64,000 bases of DNA from the human T2T-CHM13v2.0 reference genome, Homo sapiens (GCF_009914755.1 NC_060931.1); one strand, 5' to 3'. Shown: positions 16,125 to 39,658, counted from the first letter of the stretch. The notes: generated from the sequence alone by a model not told the origin. A program made the numbers and translations.

Positions 16125-19100
16125 TCAGGGGTGGCCTCCTAAGTGAAAATTGAGTAAAGACTTGAAGGAGGGGAAGGAGCTGGCCAAGGTGCTGAGGGAA
16201 GAGGATCATAGGCAGAAACAATAGAATAAAATGTCTGAGGTGTGTCTGAGGCTCTGGAAGGAGGCCCATGGAGCAGACGGAGAGAGGGAGAGAATTAGGG
16301 GAGGGGGCCAGGGAGTTGCTGGGTGGGGATCAGTACAGATCACATAAGCCCTGGGAGGTTATTGCTGGGGCTTTGGCTTTTACTCTGACTCAGATGGGAA
16401 CTGCGGGAAGGTTCTGAGCAGAGAGGCGACATGATCTGTCTCCCGATTTAAAAGCATTCTCTGGCTGCTGAGTTGAGAAAGACTGTGGGAAGATGTGGGT
16501 AGAAGCATGGGGGCCAAGCTTTGGCAACATCCAGGCGGGAGATGATGGTGATCCTGACCAGGGCCATGGTGGTGTTGAGAGATGGTCAGAGGGGAGAAGT
16601 AGGGGAGGAGGCCAGGGAGTTACTGGGTGGGGATCTTTAGTACATGTCGAAGACAGTCAACAGGATTTCCTGACAGACTGGATATGGGGTGTGAGAGAAG
16701 GCAGGGGTCAAGGTTGAGTTTGATTGTTACTAAAATTATTAAGTAATTTTAAAAAACACTACTGCCTTTCCCAATCCTACCAAGTATGGGATGCTAGATT
16801 AAAGAAATCTCTTCAGGCTCATTGCAGTGGCTCATGCCTGTAGTCCCAGCTGTTTGGTAAGCAGAGGTGGGAGTATCTTTTAAGGGCAAGTGTTCAAGAC
16901 CAGCCTGGACAACACAGCAAGATCTGCTCTTTACAAAAATATTTTTCAAAATTAAATAAATGTAGCTAGGCATGGTGATGTGTACTTGTAGTTTCAGCTA
17001 CTCAGGAGGCTGAAGTGGGCAGATCTCTTGAGGTCAGGAGTTTGAGGCCAGCTTGGGCAACATAGCAAGACCCCTCACTCTACAAAAAAATTAAAAAAAT
17101 AACCAGGCATGGTGGCACTCAGCTGTACTACCAGCTACTGGGGAGCTGAGGCAGGAAGATGGCTTGAGCCCAGGTGGTCGAGGCTGCAGTGAGCTGTAAG
17201 TGCACAGCTGCACTCCAGTCTGGGTGACAGAGCAGGACCTGTCTCAAATACAAATAAACATACAAGTAAAATAATGAAATCTCAAGTCAGAGCCTTTTGG
17301 CTCTGCAGCCCTTGCAATCGCTCAGCCGTGCAGTGGGGTTTGCGTCGCTGGGAATGAGGAGACCCCTGCTCGGTGTTGTTGCCTGACTAATCAGTGTTTT
17401 AAAACATATATTAATCGGGGTGGGCGCAGTGGCTCACACCTGTAATCCCAGCACTTAGGGAGACCCAGGCGGGTGGATCACCTGAGGTCAAGAGTTCAAG
17501 ACCAGCCTTCTCTACTAAGAAAACTCCTTCTCTACTAAGAAAATACAATAATTAGCCAGATATGGTAGTGGGTGCCTGTAATCCCAGCTACTTGGGAGGC
17601 TGAGGTAGGAAAATCGCTTGAACCTCTGCGGGGCGGAGGTTGCAATGAGCTGAGATTGCGCCACTTCACTCCAGCCTGGGCAAAAGAACAAGACTTTGTA
17701 TCAAAGAAAAAAAAAGTATTATATCAACATGTAATGGTTTTATTATTAATATATAAAGAATATTAAATATTTTTAAAATCTTCTATTATATTAACATGTA
17801 ATGGCTTTATTAATATGTGATGAGTAATATTTAAAAATTTTTGTCTTATTTTCTAGTTTTAATATAATTATTTACAGAAAGAAATAGTCTTAGAGATCTT
17901 CAATAAAGTTAAAAAATGTAAAGGGATGTTAGACCCCAAAAGATTGAGAATTTCTAGTTTAGAAATATTCAGAGTAAGCCACATACAACTTGCTACTTGA
18001 ACTATTTTTTTTCTTTGTTTTTTATTTTAGGAGATGGGGTCTCACCCTGTCGCCCAGGCTTGAGTACAGTAGTGCTATCACAGCTCACTGCAGCCTTGAA
18101 CTCCTGGGCTAAGGATCCTCCTACCTGAGCCTCCTGAGTAGCTGGGACTGTAGGTATACATGACGATACTTGGCTAATTTTTAAATTGTTTTGTAGACAT
18201 GGGGTCTCACTTTGTTGGCCAGGCTGGTGTCAAACTCATGGCCTCAAGTGACCCTTCCACCCCTGCCTCCCATCCTAGAGGTATGTGCCACCACAAGGAG
18301 CACTTGTTCAATTTTCTAAAAAAAAAATTTCTAAAGTAAGGCTGTGGGATGATGGCAGGAAGATAAGAGAAAAACAGAATAAGTTAAAATGACTTATTCA
18401 CACATATTCTTTTGACAGCAAGAAGAACTTTTAGTATATACATTCCTTACAAACAAACAAAAGGCAGATAAACAATGTTGTATAGGAACTTCAACACACA
18501 CTGTACAATATTCCCACTTTGCTGACATAAGTTATGGAAATTTCGTGGTTTACTTGAGTGTCGCTACCAGTATTTTGCTTCTCTGATCATTTTTATCAAC
18601 TTCCTCATCTGTTAACTTCTCTCCAAGGTATGTCATATCATGACATACTGCTGCTGCACGAACATGGCCAGTGTCTTCCTATTAAACATGTAGAATGCTT
18701 TCCTAATTTCTCTTTTTACTCTCTGTCTTTGTGTTTTGCATTTTCCTTACTTTTATTGTCAGAAACTCCAGAAAGTCAATTGTACTAATTTATCACCATT
18801 TGCTTTATTAATTTATACTTTGCTTATATGGAATTTTGCCCAACAGACCTCATTACAATTTCTAACCTGTTTTATTTATTTATTTTTTTTTTTCTGAGAC
18901 AGGGTCTCCCTCTGTTGTCCAAGGCTGGAGTGTAGTAGTGCTATCACAGCTGACTGCAGCCTCAACCTTCCAGGCTGAAGCGATCCTCCCATCTCAACCT
19001 CCCACGTGGCTGAGACTACAGGCGCTTGCCACTATGCCCAACTAATATTTGGAATTTTCCTATACGTGGATTCCAGAGGGGTGACAGCGAAACGTGAGTA

Positions 19101-20863
19101 AGCATGGATTTTGGTATATGCAGAGATGGGGGGCTGGAACTAATTCTGTATACTGAGGGAGGACTGTATATGTTTTTACAATTACGCTGTAGGATACATA
19201 CTGTTGCGTAGCCTTGAAAATAATAATTTTTAATTGAGTGGAATAATAATAATATTGATAAAAGTAGCAGCTGGTCAGGTGTGGTGGCTCACACTGGTAA
19301 TCGCAACACTTTGGGAGGCTGAGGCAGGAGGATGGCTTGAGGCCAAGAGTTTGCGATAGGCCTTGGAAACAAAGGGAGTCACCATCCCTACAGAAAAATA
19401 TATGAATTAGCCTAGTGTGGTGGCATGTTCCTGTAGTCCCAGCTACTTGGGAGGCTGAGCTGGGAGGATCACTTGAGCCCAGGGAGGCTGAGACTGCAGT
19501 GAGTCATGATCAGGCCTCTGCATTCCAGCCTGGGTGACAGAGTGAGACCCTGTCTCAAAACAACAAAAAAGTAGCAGCTAACATCAACTGACCTTTTACC
19601 AGGTGCCTATTGATACCATAGTTTAATTTCTTATAACTTTCTTATTTCACTTACCAACTCTGTCTTCAGTTACTCCCAGATTTTTACTGTGTTTGTACAG
19701 ATGACCTTTTGTTTAGACTGAATTGTCTCCCCAGAAGTAAGATTACTGTGAGTCATGGCGAATGGACATTGTCATTACCCTTGATGTAAATTGACAAGGT
19801 TTTGGGTGCCTCCCAGCTATAATCTTAGCACTTTGGGAGGCTAAGACAGGAGGATTGCTTGAGGCCAAGAGTTTGAGGAGGCAGTATGGCAGTATGGTGA
19901 GACCCTGTCTCTATTATTTTAAAAAATTGACAAGCTTTACCCTGGAAGGCTTATACACAATTTAAACACCCCTCATAGTATAAGAAAGTGCCCATTTCAC
20001 TGCACCTTTGCCAGCACAGGGTATTATAATTAAGTCATTTTTTGTTTGATTATTTTAAATAGATAAAAGACCTCATATTACTTTGCTTGTCACATTTCAA
20101 CATCTTTCCTTAGCTTATTAGCTCTATTTCTTTTCTGTCTGTAAATGGTTGTTGTTGTTTTGTTCTTTGAGACAGGGTCTTGCTCTGTCACCAGGCTGGA
20201 CTGTAGTGGCATAATCATGCCTGACTGCAGCCTTGACCTCCCAGGCTCAAACTTTAGCATTCCGAGTAGCTGGGACTACAAGTGTGCACCATCACTCCCA
20301 GCTAATTTTTTTCTTTTTTTGGATAGAGACAGGGTCTCACTGTGTTGTCCAGACCGGTCTCTAGCTCCTGGCCTTAAGCAATCCTCCTGCATTAGCTTCT
20401 CAAATTGCTGGAATTTCAGGCATGAGCCACCATGCCTGGCCTGGGCTAGTCCTATATTCTCTAGAGTTCTCTTTACTTTGTGCTAGCCAATCTCTCATTA
20501 TGCTGCTCACCTGTTATAATGAATAATTCTCTGTATTAAATTTTACCACTTTAAACTTTTGAGTGGTTTATGCTTCCTGATTGGACTCTGACTAATATGT
20601 TAGGAAGGGTCCCAGGAGATAAACCCACACAGATGGGATTTGGGCATAGGTTTGGTTTCCCAGGGGGCAGTGCTGAGCTCTTTGCCAGTGGGAAATGGGA
20701 TGCTGGTGATTTCCAGGAAGTGACCTCACAATGACTCAAGCTACCACTTACTGTTGATTGTGATGACATGCCAGCTGAGGCACATGCCTTGGGAGCTAAG
20801 TGGTTGCTGCACTTGACCACTATGAAGACTGGTGTGGGAAGGGTCGTTTTGGATGCTCTTGAG

Positions 20864-21281
20864 CAGGGGTCCCCAACCCCTGAGCCATGGAGCCGTAAGG
20901 AGCCACACAGCAGGAGGTGAGTGTGTCGAGTGAGGGAGTGAGGGAAGCTTCGTCTGTATTTACAACCACTCCCCTTTGCTCACATTCCCGCCTGAGCTCC
21001 ACCTTCTCACATCAGCAGTAGCATTAGATTCTCATAGGAGAACGCACCCTGTTGTGAACCGTGCATGTGAGGGATCTAGGTTGCGCTGTCCTTATGAGAC
21101 TCTAATACCTATTGATCTGTCACTTTCTCCCATCACGCTCAGGTGGGACCATCCAGTTGCAGGAAAACGAGCTTAACACGCCCACTGATTCTACATTATG
21201 GTGAGTTCTATAATTATTTTATTATATATTACAGTGTACTAATGGAAATAAAGTGCCTAATAAATGTAATCTGCTTAAATC
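20864..21281 (+). mobile_element. MER1A, unit B, 3'-truncated; supplies splice sites
   Basis: caggggtccccaacccc TIR start and the same internal motifs; truncated at cttaaatc where the GC-rich repeat begins. Confidence 0.85.
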
Positions 21282-22504
21282 TTTTGGCCCAGCTCCTACC
21301 TCCCGGCAGCCTCTCCAGGCCCAGAACTTTCTCCAGTCGGCCTCCACAGACCAAGCTCATGACTCACAATGGCCTATTTAGGCCCATACCCTACCTCACG
21401 GCAGTCTCCGCAGATGAGGCTACTGCCTCACAACAGCCTCCACAGGCACAGCTCCATCGTTACAATGGCCTCTTTAGACCCAGCTCCTGCCTCCCAGCCT
21501 TCTCTCTAGGCCCTGAACTTTCTCAAGTCGACGTCACCAGGCCCAGCTCATGCTTCTTGGCAGCCTCTCCAGGCCCAGCTCTTCCTCCCGGCGGCCTCTG
21601 CAGGCCCAGACTGTCATCAAGTCGGCCTGTCCAGGGCCAGCTCCTGCCTCCCGGCGCCCTCTGCAGGCCCAAGTCGTCCTCAAGTTGGCCTCCCCAGGCC
21701 CAGCTCCAGCCTCTCGGCGGCCTCTCCGGGTGCAAAAGTTCCTCGAGTCAGCCTCTCCAGGCCCAGCTCCTCCTGCCTCCCAGTGGCCTCTTTCGGCCCA
21801 GCCCAGCTCATGCCTCTGGGCGGCCTTCCCAGGCCCCGCTTTTGACTTTTGGCGGCCTCTGCAGGCCTCGACAAGGCCCGGCCTCCTGCCTCCCGAAGGC
21901 CTGCACAGGCCCAGCCTCTGCCTCACAGCAGACTCTCCACGCCCAGCTAGCTCTCGCCTCACTGCGGCCTCCCCAGTCCAAAGCTCCTGCCTCTCGGCCG
22001 CTTCGGCAGGCCCAGCTCCCGCCTGCCAGTGGCCTCTTCAGGCCCATGGGGCTCATTCCTCACAACGGCCTTTCCAGGCCCCGTTTTTCCCTTCCGGCGG
22101 CCTCTCCGGGCCCAGAACCTCCTCAAGTTGGCCTCTCCAGACCCACTTGCACCCTCCGGGCGTCCTCTCCAGGCCCAGCTCTTCCTCCCGGCTGCGTCTC
22201 CAGGCCCGACTCCTGCCTCCCAACAACCTCTTTGGACTCAGTGCCTGCCCATCTCCTGGCGGCCTTGGTCGGCCCACAGCTTCCTCAAGCCAAGCTCCCC
22301 AGGCCCAGGTCAGGCCTCACGGTGGCCTCTCCAGGATCAGCTCCTGCCCTCCGATGGTGTCTCCAGGCCCCAAATGGTCTCCGGCCAGTGGGCTCCTCCA
22401 CGCCCAGCTTGGGCCTCCCGGCGACCTCTGCAGGCCCAAGTCGTCCTGAAGTCGGCCTCTCCCGGCCCTGCCTCCCAGCAAGTAAGCAAGCTTTTTTGGC
22501 TTAG
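21198..22504 (+). CDS. Putative repeat-encoded Pro/Ser/Leu/Ala-rich ORF (FLJ44672-like 'uncharacterised protein' class); 404 aa if spliced 21200^21293; coding status doubtful
   Basis: ATG 21198-21200 followed by |gtgagt; acceptor cag|21293 is in frame with ORF 21143..22504, giving MLLPPGSLSRPRTFSS... Long ORFs are also expected from the stop-poor repeat. Confidence 0.2.
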
Positions 22505-24088
22505 CTCCTGCCCAGCTCCCAACCGCCTTTGTAGGCCCCGAACTTTCTCCAGCCAAGCTCTTCGGGCCCACCTCCTGCCTCCCGGTGGCCTGTACAGGCC
22601 CAGCTCTGGCTGGAGAACAGCCTCTGCAGGCCCCGCTCTTGCCTCCCAGGGGCCTCTCCAGGCCCAGCTCTCGCCCCCACAGCGGCCTCCCGGGGCCAAG
22701 TCCCTGCCTGCCTCCCGGCATCCCGCATGCAGCCCAGCTCCTCCCTCACGGTGGCCTGTTGATGCCCAACTCATGCCTCTGGCACCCTGCCCAGAGGCGT
22801 GAGCCCCTGCCTCACACCGGCTCCTCCCACGCTGACAGAGGTCAGCGTGAGCCCCTGCCTCAACAGGCCACCGTGAGGGAGGAGCAGGGCCGCACGCGGG
22901 CTGCCGGAAGGCGGACAGGGACTTGGCCCCGGGAGGCCGCGGTGGGGCAAGAGCTTGGCCTGGAGACGCCCCTGGGAGGCAACAGCAGGGCCTGCAGACG
23001 CTCTTCTCCAGCCAGAGCTGGGACTGTACAGGCCACTGGGAGGCAGGATGTGGGCCTGAAGAGCTTGGCTGCAGAAACTTTGGGGTCTACAAACGCCGGC
23101 GAGAGCTGAGCCGAAAGAGCTTGCTTGCTGGGAGGCAGGAGCTGGGCCGGGAGATGCAGCCAGGAGGAACAGCTGGGCCTGCAGAGGCCGCCATGCGGGA
23201 GGCAGAGGCTGGGCCTCCTCAAGTTGGCCTCTCCAGACCCACTTGCAGCCTCCCGGCGTCCTCTCCGGGCCCAGCTCTTCCTCCCGGCTGCGTCTCCAGG
23301 CCCAACTCCGGCCTCCCAACAAGGTCTTTGGACTCAGCTCCCCCGCAGCTTCCAGCGGCCCTGGTAGGCCCACAACTTCCTGAAGCCAAGCTCCCCAGGC
23401 CCAGCTCAGGCCTCACGGTGGCCTCTCCAGGCTCAGCTCCTGCCCTCCGACAGCGTCTCCAGGCCCCAAACGGCCTCCGGTCGGTGGGCTCCTCTAGGCC
23501 CAGCTTGGGCCTCCCGGCAGCCTCTGCAGGCCCAAATCGTCCTGAAGTCGGCCTCTCCAGGCCCAGCTCCAGCCTCCCGGCGGCCTCTGCAGGCCTAAGT
23601 CGTCCTCAAGTCGGCCTGGAAATGGGCCTGGAAGAGCTGCAAGTCGGCCTCCCCGGGCCCAGCTCCGTCCTCTCGGCGGCCTCTCCAGGTGCAAAACTTC
23701 CTCGAGTCAGCCTCTCCAGGCCCAGCTCCTCCTGCCTCAGTGGCCTCTTTCGGCCCAGCCCAGCTCATGGCTCTCGGCGGTCTTCCCAGGCCCCGCTTTT
23801 GACTTTTGGTGGCCTCTTCAGGCCCAGAACTTGACCTCCAGTCGGCCTTTGCAGGCCCGGCCTCCTGCCTCTCGAAGGTCTGCATGGGCCCGGCCTCGGC
23901 CTCACAGCGGACTCTCCACGCCCAGCTAGCTCTCGCCTCACTGCACCCTCCCCAGTCCAAAGCTCCTGCCTTTCGGCCACTTCGGCAGGCCCAGCTCCTG
24001 CCTGCCAGTGGCCTCTTTAGGCCCAGCTCATTCCTCACAACGGCCTTTCCAGGCCCCGTTTTTCCCTTCCGGCAGCCTCTTGGCCTCT
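21282..24088 (+). repeat. Degenerate GC-rich tandem repeat, ~31-32-bp unit (GGCCTCTCCAGGCCCAGCTCCTGCCTCCCGGC-like), with block duplications and an inverted segment
   Basis: Periodic gcctctccaggcccagctc motif; blocks ~21720-22100/23680-24088 and ~22120-22465/23217-23590 are direct copies; ~22860-23216 is in opposite orientation. Confidence 0.9.
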
Positions 24089-24205
24089 AATTTTTTTATC
24101 TTTTGTGTATAAATCCCAAATTATGGAATTTTGGAATATTTCCACCATTATATAAATATTTTGGTAGGTAATTTATTTGGAGTGAGTTTCTGCACCAAGC
24201 CCGAA

Positions 24206-28060
<3,855 letters not shown>

Positions 28061-28569
28061 CTCAAGTTTTGTTTTTTGTTTTTTGTTTTTTTGTTTTTTT
28101 TTGGAGGTGCAGTTTGGCAGTCTGGAGTGCAGTGGTGCGATCTCAGCTCACTGAAACCTCCACTTCCTGGGTTCAAGCAATTCTCCGGCCTCAGCCTCCC
28201 AAGTATATGCACCTTTACTGCTGAATATTATATATTTTCTTATGCTTTCATGTGATTAATTAGCATTCTTTTTTTTTTCTTTTTGAGACAGAGTGTTGCT
28301 CTGTTGCCCAGGCTGGAGGGCAGTGGTGTGATCTCGGCTCACTGCAACCTCCGCCTCATGGTTTAATTGATTCTCCTGCCTCAGCCCCCTGAGTAGTTGG
28401 GATTACAGGCACCCGCCACCATACCTGGCTAATTTTTTGTATTTTTAGAAGGCATGGGTTTTTGCCATGTTGGCCTGGCTGGTCTTGACCTCCTGACCTC
28501 AAGTGATCCACTCTCCTCGGCCTCCCAAAATGCTGGGATTACAGGCATGAGCCACCACACCCAGCTGCT

Positions 28570-29080
28570 TTCTTTCATTTTTACTTGAAAAACTCCGTTA
28601 AGCATTTCTTTTAAAGTAGACCTAGTGCTCCTGAATTACCTCAGCTTTGTTTGTCTAGGGAACATGTTATTTATTCTTTCTTTCTGAAGGATAGCTTTGT
28701 CAAATATAGTATTAGTTGCTGGCAGTTTTTTTCTTTCAGCACTTTGAATATATTCTTCAATTCTCTCCTGACCTTCAAAGTTTCTTCTGAGAAATCTGCT
28801 GATAGTTTAATGAAGATTCTCTTGTTGGTGTCATGCCACTTGTCTCTTGCCTCTTCAACATTTTAAAAAATCTTTGACTTTTGACTATTTGATTATATTG
28901 TGATTATATATATTTGGTTTTAACCTCTTTAGGAATCTTTAAGCTTCATGCACTTGGATGTCTAAATCTTTCCCATGATTTAGGCAGTTTCAGCCATCCT
29001 TTCTTTAAATAAACTTCCTTCTCCTATCTCTACTTTCCTTCTCAAACTCACATGACAGTGGATTGCCTAATGGTGTCTCG
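28570..29080 (-). mobile_element. Old L1M fragment (ORF1 region)
   Basis: ttctgaaggatagctttg...tttctttcagcactttgaata...tctgagaaatctgctgatagt typical of antisense L1 ORF1. Confidence 0.7.
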
Positions 29081-29184
29081 ATGGCTTTCTTTTCTCTCTC
29101 TTTTTTTTCGAGATGGAGTCTTGCTCTGTCACCCAGGCCAGGGTGCAATGGCGTGGTCTTGGCTCACTGCAGCCTCCCACTTGG

Positions 29185-29680
29185 GCTCTGCAGCCCAGCC
29201 TGTCTTGTAACCACTGCCTCCTCAAAGCGACACCTGGCAGATTCTTCTTCCCTTTGAGGGAGAATCATCGTTGTTGCTTCATCTCTTCTAAGACATTTTG
29301 TAGGGCATGGACAAGTTAAACAGAATGTGCTTTCCTCCCTGAGGTCTCGCTGTCCCACAGGCTCCTGGGAGAATGCCACAGGGGCCATGCACTGGTCGAG
29401 CTTCTCTGTAGAACCCAGGGGCTTCAGCCCAGAACACAGCATCTAGCCCTAAGCCTAGAGCAGGGAGGGAGTCCCGAACTTCTGCATTCACAGACCACCT
29501 CCAGAACTGTTATAACCAAAGGCATCCTGTTCTATTATTTCACTTAAATCAACATGTTATTTTGTTTTCACTCACTCCTGGCTTTCTCCTTGTGCCGAGC
29601 CCATGTATCCATGCAGTCATGTTCACAGGCTAGTTATGTTTTCCTTCTTACACATGAAAATAAATGCATAACTGGTAGAA
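29185..29680 (+). pseudogene. Orphan 3'-UTR-like fragment with AATAAA (29659-29664), resembling the VOPP1 3' end
   Basis: Non-repetitive segment ending cttacacatgaaaataaatgcataac; similarity to the VOPP1 3' UTR is recalled, not searched; no poly(A) tail follows. Confidence 0.4.
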
Positions 29681-29965
29681 GCTCTTCCGTGTTTCATATA
29701 AGCTCTCACACAGGTAAACCCTGGCCTTTGGTAGTAGCCCTGGAAAGATGTTTGCTGGGCATCTGCTCACTATGGCGGGGGTGTCCAAAGAGTGCTGGGG
29801 CTCAGCTCAGCAGACAGAGGGGCTCGTTTCCTGCCTCATGCCCAACACCAGAGACTGATGCTGGCCAACTCACAGGTGTGCCTCTTCTGGACAAGGGCCA
29901 CCACTGACGGGGTTGGCTGCAGGGGCCTCACTAGGGCAGCCAAATGCTTCAAGAATTAACACTCA

Positions 29966-36385
<6,420 letters not shown>

Positions 36386-38041
36386 AGGAAGGGCTACAAC
36401 CTACATTAAATAATAATAAAAAAGAAAGAGAAACTAAATTCCTTCTGTTTCCACATCCAAAACAAAGGTCATTGTGAATGGGATTCTTGCTAACTTGAGA
36501 AGGACATTACTCTCAGAGTTTCTCACCAGGATTTCTGTAACTTTCTTCCTAAATGCTCACACAGTCTCACATTCCACTCCCTCTCCCCAACCCCACAAAA
36601 CCACTAGCAAAAGCATTATCCATTTACAGTGAAATGATTTTACCTAGAAGTAAATAGAATTGTTTCATTCCCCTAATTAAAATCCTTCAATGGCTCCTCT
36701 CGCTGCTATGAGAATACATATAATTAAAGCCCCTCTTTATGACTAATAAGGGCCTTCAGCTCTGATCTCTCTGTAACTTTCCAGACTCACCCATGTGTGG
36801 CATCCCCACGTACCCCCTTTCAGCTGTTCTGATTTACACATAGCTCCTGCATGTCCCATATGCTCTGACACCTCTGTGCCATTCAGGATGCTTATCTTTA
36901 TCTGGAATGTCCTTATCCTCTTCTCCAGTTCACTCCGATTTGTCTGCCAAGACTCAGTTCTAGCTCTACCTTGTAATATAAGCATGTCCTGATGCCCCCT
37001 CCTAGGGTAAGTTAGGTGCTTTTCTCAGCTCCTTCCGGCAGAGAAATCTTCAAAGCCAACAGAGTTAAAGTATGATTTTTGGTAAGGAAAGTTATTAATT
37101 TCAGGCCAATAGACAATGAACAAGTGTCAAATATTTTATTTAACTCATTAACTGATGAGGGAACCAGTAAGATCTAAACACTGGTCCTAGGGTCATTTGA
37201 GAAGCTGAATGTATATAGGCAATTTAATTGATTGATGGATTAGATACAGAACTGGTTAATGTGTATCTGGTCCATAAGCCTTTGGGTTTTATGTTCTACC
37301 AGATAGGAGTTATTTGCATTCTATTGAATAAAAATTTTCATGGTAACCTTTGCTGCTACAGAGTTGTAAAATAGAAAATCAACAGAAGGTCACATGCACC
37401 ACTGTTCTGAAAAACACCATGTAATTTGAGGCCTCTTTTCAATTGTTGGATAATTTTTCTAACAAAAGACAGAGCTTTTGGTGGGAGTGGAAGTTCACAT
37501 TTAACATGCAGAAGACTACCAAGGTTTTACCAAGCAAGTCTTATTTTGGCATAAAAATATGACATGCTGGTAGAAAAATGGATTAAACATATGGACTGAC
37601 AAATCAGAATAAATAAAAATGACAAATAAACATACTGAAACTGTTCACTCTTGCAAAGACTTTAAGAAATCCTAGTGAAAACAGTAAACGATCTCCCCTT
37701 ACAAGTTAATAAAAACAGGCTTAGATGATGCTATCCACTATTAGCAAGACTTGGAGGGAAAGAAACACTTCCATAATTAGCATATGGGAATATAAACTGA
37801 GAACAGCTTCCTGGACCTGCAGCTCATATGCCAGTCCTTCGTGCTCTTGTCCATTGTGTTTTACTGCACAGGACTGCACAAGAGTAGAAAAATGTCAGAG
37901 ATAGAACCCAAAGAACCTCCATCTGCCCTAGAACCTGCAACTTATGCTAGGACCACCATTGTATTACTCCCAAGTCTGGTAAGGCAGAGAGGTCCCCAAA
38001 GCATTCATATTCTGCTTCTAATTTTAAAAAATCATCCAGTC

Positions 38042-38432
<391 letters not shown>

Positions 38433-38533
38433 CTAGTGCTGTTGCCTTGGTGCCCTTCATTGTTTATTTTGTGATCTTTTGCCTTATTGTAGCCTCCTCC
38501 CCAATTCCATCTCCCTTCTCTCCTCATTCTGCT

Positions 38534-38596
38534 ACACACACACACACACACACACACACGCACGCACGCACGCACACACACACACACACACACACA
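38534..38596. repeat. Compound microsatellite (CA)n(CACG)n(CA)n
   Basis: Direct reading. Confidence 0.95.
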
Positions 38597-38980
38597 GAGA
38601 TCCGGTAAACTCATTCACATAATGCTTCCTGATTTGTGTTACTGCTTGCAAGGGTGTTTTCATTTCAAAGGAAAATTTCTGTTTATCCCATATTTGGGCA
38701 ATATGTAACCAAAATCTCTGTTGATAGAATTCAAACCTTCTTTGGACAGGGAAGGAAAAACAAAGAAAAAGACTGACACAGGAAGTAAATGCTTTGGAGA
38801 CCAAGCACCTAAGTGATGTACTTTCACAAATACAAGGTACGGTGAAGAAATGCAAAGTTGTGGCCGAGAGTGGTGTCTCAGGCCTGTAATCCCAGCACTT
38901 TGGGAGGCCCAGGCAGGCAGATTATGAGGTCAGGAGATCGAGACCATCCTGGCTAACATAGTGAAACCCCATCTCTACTA

Positions 38981-39321
<341 letters not shown>

Positions 39322-39429
39322 TTATCACACTGAGTACTGAGGATACCGAGTTTAGTCCTTTGAACCTAGAATTCTGAGAAATTTAGGAGTATCAGAAGTG
39401 AACTAAAAATAATTTTAAAAACATTAAAA

Positions 39430-39640
39430 GCTAACATTTATTAAGTGCTTACTACATTCTGGATATTCTCAGTAATTTTACATACATTATTAACTCATTC
39501 CTAGCTTGGACTAAAGAGCAACAACACTATTAAGCATATATTATGACTATCTTCATTTTACAGAAGAGGAAACTAAAACACAGAAACCTTGTTCAAGGTC
39601 ACACAGCTGGTGAATGTGAACCCAGTCTACCATTAGGAAG
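39430..39640 (-). mobile_element. MIR fragment
   Basis: catttattaagtgcttactac...cattttacagaagaggaaact...caaggtcacacagctgg MIR core. Confidence 0.7.
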
Positions 39641-39658
39641 AGAAATTTATGTCCAGTT

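Noticed and set aside
21282-24088. CRISPR-like periodicity of ~31-32 bp
   Set aside because: Units are contiguous and degenerate with no unique spacers, there are no cas genes, and the context is primate.
21523-24090. Many overlapping ORFs on both strands (e.g. 21550..22449, 22029..22802, 22923..23834)
   Set aside because: By-product of a GC-rich, stop-poor repeat; most lack a true ATG start.
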